From IMG/VR virus record IMGVR_UViG_3300042868_010462, positions 1 to 64,000 of that record: a stretch of 64,000 nt of DNA; one strand, given 5' to 3'. The position numbers and the translations under genes are program-made. Origin of the DNA: a virus. Positions 58,957 to 64,000 of this stretch are shown here, piece by piece. The stretch's first letter is position 1. Every line of letters begins with the position of its first letter. Under the pieces are notes generated by a model. It was not told where the DNA came from. It saw only the letters and a program-made list of their open reading frames with translations, and ran no database searches.

Positions 58957-60744
58957 TTAATCTTTTAGGAGTTTACTTAGTTGACTCTCCATTTCCCCCA
59001 AATAATTTTTGGCTTTGGACAAATCAATAAAACTCATTTCCTCAAATATCCCTTCGTTTTCCAACAATATGTTTAAATTATCTCTATTGTTAAATGTTTC
59101 ACCCATACCTTCAGGACCACCTGCTGGTGGTGGAGTTCCCCCTTCAGCTCCTCCTGGAGGTGGTGGTGCCCCACCTGATGTTGTACCTGTTGTTTGAGTA
59201 TATAATTTATCAACATTATCAAACACACCAGTATTTGTTATAATTGTTGCGGTATTTGTAAGCTCAGCACCTACAGCTTTTTCAATTCTCTGTTGTTGTA
59301 AATCAAGTTTGATTTCCTCATCAGAGAATCCCATAACGTGTTTCTTAGCCCATGAAACAGAAGTTGGTGCAATACCCTCAATTGATGTAACACATTCCTT
59401 ATATAATGCGACCTTCTCTTTCCATATGTCAATTTTTAATAAATCTGCTTGACTCGATGGGTTTGTTAAACTTAAAGTAAAATTGGATAATTCATCTTCA
59501 AAACCTAAAAGGAATAAATGTACAATCGCAATCTTATTTAACTCAGCAACCATAGATTTTTGGATTCTGTTAATTGTTCTTGCAAAACGAATATCAATTA
59601 ATGATAAATTTTTACCATCACCAACTGGTTCTTCAAAACCTAAAAACGCTTTAGGTACACGTAAAGCAGTAAGTAGTTTCTTTTGGATGTATTCAATATC
59701 AGCAATCTCACCTAAGTTTTGACCACCAGGTAATGTATCAATCGGACTTGCCGCAGCGGCATCACGTACAGGAATGAAATAATCTTGGTCAACAGCCATT
59801 TGATTAAATCTCATATCCACATTACCTGTTTGAGAATCAACAACCTGACTTCTTTTGAACTTGTTTGCAACACGTTGTACATATGGTTCAACATCTTTAT
59901 CATCCATATTACCAACGAATACTTTAAACACCCTTCTCTCAGGTGCACGTGATGTTCTATAAATTAACATCGCATCTTCAGATAACAATAGTTGTTTCCA
60001 AATACGCCTTGCCTTTTCTAACATTGAAGTACCATATGGTAACTTTCTATCATCACCTAATAATCTAAAGTGTGCAATTTCCCAAGAGTTGAATTCCATA
60101 TCCTTGGCTTTCCACTTGAATCTAAGACCTTTGTTTTCGGCTGGTTCTTCAACATTTTGTCTACTTGCTTGCGCTGGCATACCTCTTTCCAAACGTTCAA
60201 TTTCGATATTTGGTAATTGCATACAACCAACAACTCCTTTTTCAGGGTCAAGTTTAAGATAGACAAAGTTATCACCATACTTACAAGTATTTCTAGTCCA
60301 CATTGGTAGATTTGTATTTAAATCTAAAACATTCAAAAATAAATCTATTAAAATACCCTTGATACGTTTTGATTCTGAGTATATTTGTAACATATACCCA
60401 TTCTGGTCAACCGTAGTAGATTCCTCACCATAAATGTCTAACGCAGCAGATATTTCGGGTGTATATTCCATAGATTCATAATCATAAAACGAAGCCAATC
60501 TAGTTGGTTCGTAATATACAGCCTGAGTGTATAAGTTACTTTCAATCTTAGTCCATTGATTTGCTAAGTAGTAAGTTTGTTGTGCTTGGAGTAATTCCTT
60601 ATCAAATTCTTGTTTTGATTTAGTTTTTAATAACTCCTTTCTATCGAAACTATAAGTTGGGTAATCTTGATTAAGTAAAGCATTAGGACCGAATGCTTGT
60701 GTTAATCTTTGCCAAACTGTTAAATTATTTTGATTATTTTCCAT
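58957..60744 (-). CDS. portal protein (T4 gp20-like)
   Basis: PEISAALDI, SMLEKARRIWKQL.L.EDAMLIYR..RAPERRVF, DYFIPVR, IDTLPGG, DIEY..KL..ALRVPK and DIRFAR. Confidence 0.93.
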   Translation of the reverse strand: MENNQNNLTVWQRLTQAFGPNALLNQDYPTYSFDRKELLKTKSKQEFDKELLQAQQTYYLANQWTKIESNLYTQAVYYEPTRLASFYDYESMEYTPEISAALDIYGEESTTVDQNGYMLQIYSESKRIKGILIDLFLNVLDLNTNLPMWTRNTCKYGDNFVYLKLDPEKGVVGCMQLPNIEIERLERGMPAQASRQNVEEPAENKGLRFKWKAKDMEFNSWEIAHFRLLGDDRKLPYGTSMLEKARRIWKQLLLSEDAMLIYRTSRAPERRVFKVFVGNMDDKDVEPYVQRVANKFKRSQVVDSQTGNVDMRFNQMAVDQDYFIPVRDAAAASPIDTLPGGQNLGEIADIEYIQKKLLTALRVPKAFLGFEEPVGDGKNLSLIDIRFARTINRIQKSMVAELNKIAIVHLFLLGFEDELSNFTLSLTNPSSQADLLKIDIWKEKVALYKECVTSIEGIAPTSVSWAKKHVMGFSDEEIKLDLQQQRIEKAVGAELTNTATIITNTGVFDNVDKLYTQTTGTTSGGAPPPPGGAEGGTPPPAGGPEGMGETFNNRDNLNILLENEGIFEEMSFIDLSKAKNYLGEMESQLSKLLKD

Positions 60745-60787
60745 AAAGAAATTTTAAATATATTTCTATTGTTTTAAATAGTTCTAC

Positions 60788-60952
60788 CTAATTTGATGTA
60801 TTATTATTAGTTGTACTATTTGTATTATTGTTTTTGAATGGGACTTTATCAGGAGGACTAATTTTTGTAGTAGATATACCCTGACCTGGGACATTCAATT
60901 TTGACCCATTGAATTTCTTATCTCCACTTTTTTTTCTGTTTACAAATCCCAT
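60788..60952 (-). CDS. small basic hypothetical protein (54 aa)
   Basis: MGFVNRKKSGDKKFNGSKLNVPGQG..; preceded by TATTTAT and fills the terminase-portal gap. Confidence 0.55.
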   Translation of the reverse strand: MGFVNRKKSGDKKFNGSKLNVPGQGISTTKISPPDKVPFKNNNTNSTTNNNTSN

Positions 60953-60971
60953 AATCTTTTTTTTATAAATA

Positions 60972-62735
60972 TTATCTACCTCCGAATAACCAAGAGTATT
61001 TCATATAGTCCTCCTTACTTGCGTTTTGATTTCTTTGATTAATTCTCTCAGTTCCAAAAGGTATCACAGGATTGAAATCAATCTGTTTAGCCGCAGTTTC
61101 ATTGTTAGTAACAGACCAAGATTCTAACATAGCTTTAGTTTGTTCGGTCACCTTTTCTAAACTACTGAATGATGATTCCGCAACATAAGTTGCCATTGCA
61201 ATTGACATAATTAAATCATCGTGTTGACCCTTTTGATGGTCTGGTCTTCCATTTACATATACGAATGTATTCATTTCATTGAATAATCGTAAACTATAAA
61301 TTTTAAACTGATGTCTCATAGCTTCCTCAAATGATGCTATAATTTGTACACGTTTGTTGTTGAAATTTAAACCCGGTATCTTTTCTAAAGCCTTTGGGTC
61401 ATATTTCCACTTATTGGCTAAATCAATTCCATCAACATATAAATTTTTGTAACCCATTTCTTGAAGTTTTCTAGATGTTGAAACACCCATTCCTCCTGTT
61501 ATATCTATTACAATGAAACAATTATACATATTACCCCACTTATAACATATTTCTGCCATCGTATCAGGTGGAAGTTTACCCACATATTCCGCAACTTGTT
61601 CTCTTTCATCAAAGTCAATAATTTGAAATGAACTAAAGTCCTCACTATCCCCTCTACTCACATCCACACCCATCACATATTTGTGACCCATCACAGGTTC
61701 TTTCCAAATCCATAAAGAGTTACCAATCATTTTATTTTGGGGTTCTCTAATCATATTCTCTTTTACCCTTTGCATCAATAGTGAATCAAAAACGTTATCA
61801 CCTGAACCAAGGAAGTTACACTCTAACTCTTGTGATACTTTTCTTTTATCATATTTCAATTTTTTAACCATACCTTCAAACCAAGAAGAACAAGGTTTAT
61901 AACCTGAATCCATTATCAACTTGAGTTCCTCAAAATTTCTTTCTTCAAATGGTATAGTTTCCCAACTAATAATTTCATCTTTAGGATATTCTTCTTTGTT
62001 TAGAAGGTAGTGAATAGTATCTTGAGTTTTAACTAAAAATAAATCTTTTGTATATCTTGGGTCTCTGTACCAAAACATTTCAGATATTTTGAAATCATTC
62101 ATATTTCTATGTGCCTGATTATATATTTCATAGTAAATTGGGTCATAACCATTTGGTGTTGACACCACAATAACTTTACCACCAGTAGAAAGTGAGGCCA
62201 TACAAGCAGCCCAGAAGTCAGAATCTGCATCAATGAACGCAGCTTCATCAAATACAAGAATTGTTGGTGTGAAACCACGTAGGGCATCCTTAGAGGTAGC
62301 AACAGCTTTTACCTCACAACCATTATTTGTTTTATAGTGTTTTTGTGAATTTTTATCACTTGAAAAATCAATACCAACCCAAGATGGCCATTGTCCAATA
62401 AACATCCTGATTTTATTGGCCATTTCCATAGAAGTATCTAGTTTATTTGCGATAATCAAAATCTTTTCAGGTTTTGTTTTTTTAGCAAACGCTATTCTTT
62501 TAGATATCCATGCTGCCGTAACTGTTGATACTCCTGCTTGCCTGTACTTCAAAGCAATATTTTCATTGTATTCCTCGTAGTCATTTAATAATGATATTTG
62601 GTCAGGAAACAACTCCAGTGGGACATATTTTGAAACTGTGTTGTCATATGTTTCAAGGTATGTTCTTAATGCGTAAGGTGTATCTTTCATACATCTTACA
62701 TATTCTATCATTACTTGTTCTTTTGTTAAACTCAT
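60972..62735 (-). CDS. terminase large subunit (T4 gp17-like)
   Basis: KYRQAGVST, LVFDEAAF, VSTPNG, QELECNF, MGVDVSRG and HDDLIM. Confidence 0.93.
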   Translation of the reverse strand: MSLTKEQVMIEYVRCMKDTPYALRTYLETYDNTVSKYVPLELFPDQISLLNDYEEYNENIALKYRQAGVSTVTAAWISKRIAFAKKTKPEKILIIANKLDTSMEMANKIRMFIGQWPSWVGIDFSSDKNSQKHYKTNNGCEVKAVATSKDALRGFTPTILVFDEAAFIDADSDFWAACMASLSTGGKVIVVSTPNGYDPIYYEIYNQAHRNMNDFKISEMFWYRDPRYTKDLFLVKTQDTIHYLLNKEEYPKDEIISWETIPFEERNFEELKLIMDSGYKPCSSWFEGMVKKLKYDKRKVSQELECNFLGSGDNVFDSLLMQRVKENMIREPQNKMIGNSLWIWKEPVMGHKYVMGVDVSRGDSEDFSSFQIIDFDEREQVAEYVGKLPPDTMAEICYKWGNMYNCFIVIDITGGMGVSTSRKLQEMGYKNLYVDGIDLANKWKYDPKALEKIPGLNFNNKRVQIIASFEEAMRHQFKIYSLRLFNEMNTFVYVNGRPDHQKGQHDDLIMSIAMATYVAESSFSSLEKVTEQTKAMLESWSVTNNETAAKQIDFNPVIPFGTERINQRNQNASKEDYMKYSWLFGGR

Positions 62736-62759
62736 AAATTGTATTTTATATAAATATAA

Positions 62760-62789
62760 AAACCCCCACTTAATTATAAATGGGGGTTT
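62760..62789 (-). terminator. hairpin/terminator upstream of the terminase
   Basis: AAACCCCCA-N12-TGGGGGTTT. Confidence 0.6.
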
Positions 62790-62794
62790 GTAAG

Positions 62795-63940
62795 TTAATC
62801 TTCATCTTCATCATCAAAATCGAATGTATCCCAATCATCGGGATTGAAATCGTCATCATCATCTTCTTTTTCCTCTGGTTCAATTGGTTTCTTCTTTTCA
62901 AACTTCATTTTTTCTAATGGTTTTTCTTTTTTCTTTTCGTAATTAATATCATCTATAATTTCTTGTGACAAATCTAAAAATCTATCGATTTGTTCTTTGT
63001 CATTTTTAAAAACCCCTAACATCATTTTATTGTAATCATCAGGTTTCCCCTCAAATTCTTGAGCCAACATCAATAATAAATCGGGTTCAATTTCATGTGA
63101 ATAACCATCAAGTTCCATATCCCATAAAAATCTTAATTGTTCTATTAGGGCTCTACCATAATTCATATTTTTGATTTCGTGTTTGTGGGCATCAGCTACA
63201 CCCATAATTGTATCACCCACTTCTTTGTTTTTAGGTAATGTGAAAATAGAATCATAATATCTCGCCCCTTTAACCAATTCGTGCATAAGTAAAGGAAAAT
63301 TTGGTGCGGCAGCATCAATAATCCAAACCCCATTTTTATCTAAATAGACATCACAATATGCGACTCTCCCTGTAACACTTTGAGCCATTCTTTCTAATTG
63401 TGCCGTGTTTTCCCAATAAAAACGAGAAGCCCCCGAACCGAACTTTTTGTATAAGTCAACTAATCTTGGGTCAATCGAATTTAATTCATCCTCAATATTG
63501 TTAACAGCATTAAATCCATCCCTCCAAGCAGCTCCTTGTGTTAAAGCATTTTGTATATGTCTTTGTTTTATTCTTTCGTCAAATGATGAATCTACTTGTT
63601 TTGCCTTTTCTATTTTTGTTGTAGGTATTTCTTGAGATAATCTTCTACCACCACTACCTTGACCTAAAATTGCATTTACCTTTATTTTACCATTATCAAC
63701 CCCATTTTTTATATGAGGGTACATATTAAAAAATGTAACTAAAGCTAAATCTTGTAAATCACTTTTGTGACTTGATTCTATATTTGGTAACCCAAACATT
63801 AAAGATGTGAATTCTTGTGAACTTGGTGCTTTGTTTTCAGGATTGTCGTACAGATTTTTAGCTGTTCGTTCTATTCTGTTTTTTACATCATCAGGTAAGT
63901 AGTCACTAATCGGTGCTTCAAATAACCAGTTTTTTTTCAT
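62795..63940 (-). CDS. hypothetical protein with acidic tail
   Basis: 381 aa; KQRHIQNALTQGAA..NFPLLMHELVKG. Confidence 0.6.
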   Translation of the reverse strand: MKKNWLFEAPISDYLPDDVKNRIERTAKNLYDNPENKAPSSQEFTSLMFGLPNIESSHKSDLQDLALVTFFNMYPHIKNGVDNGKIKVNAILGQGSGGRRLSQEIPTTKIEKAKQVDSSFDERIKQRHIQNALTQGAAWRDGFNAVNNIEDELNSIDPRLVDLYKKFGSGASRFYWENTAQLERMAQSVTGRVAYCDVYLDKNGVWIIDAAAPNFPLLMHELVKGARYYDSIFTLPKNKEVGDTIMGVADAHKHEIKNMNYGRALIEQLRFLWDMELDGYSHEIEPDLLLMLAQEFEGKPDDYNKMMLGVFKNDKEQIDRFLDLSQEIIDDINYEKKKEKPLEKMKFEKKKPIEPEEKEDDDDDFNPDDWDTFDFDDEDED

Positions 63941-64000
63941 TACTTCTTTTTTAATCTATTATAAAGTTTTTCCATCACAAAATCAAATTCTTCTTCCCCT
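63940..64000 (-). CDS. C-terminal end of an upstream gene (partial)
   Basis: Open frame ..GEEEFDFVMEKLYNRLKKK* whose stop overlaps the next ATG (TAATG). Confidence 0.45.
   Translation of the reverse strand, partial: GEEEFDFVMEKLYNRLKKK

Noticed and set aside
1-64000. Stop-codon reassignment, tRNA genes, or a diversity-generating retroelement
   Set aside because: Genes are full length and densely packed in the standard code; I recognised no tRNA cloverleaf, reverse transcriptase or TR/VR pair by eye.

Overview
AT-rich segment of a large T4-like (myovirus-type) dsDNA phage, probably infecting Bacteroidota. Host evidence: a phage bS21 with the Bacteroidota-type C-terminal Tyr, a DUF4494-like gene, one TTTG-N19-TAnnTTTG promoter and no Shine-Dalgarno leaders. 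Layout from left to right: (1) 1-13.6 kb, minus strand: virion fibre/decoration genes with Pro/Thr mucin-like tracts and three tandem Gly-rich paralogues. (2) 13.7-16.2 kb: probable head-associated proteins, including a stand-alone WYL protein. (3) 16.3-20.9 kb: a Vsr/EDxHD-like endonuclease, a glycosyltransferase, a PolB-like exonuclease and a dUTPase fractured by a split intein, with a TnsA-like endonuclease gene between the halves. (4) 20.9-41.8 kb: a very large soluble glycosylation cluster (14 GT genes here plus the one at 17.1 kb, 4 methyltransferases, split transketolase, UXS-like SDR, gmd, fcl) plus phoH. (5) 41.8-52.8 kb: gp55-like sigma factor, gp5-like spike and other virion genes, and an HNH nuclease. 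(6) 52.8-64 kb, minus strand: major capsid protein, scaffold, prohead protease, portal and terminase, with rpsU antisense in the middle. A TATTTAT motif precedes many operon starts and is a candidate late promoter. The most striking items are the trans-spliced dUTPase and a candidate self-encoded virion glycosylation system. All calls come from motif recognition by eye; no searches were run.
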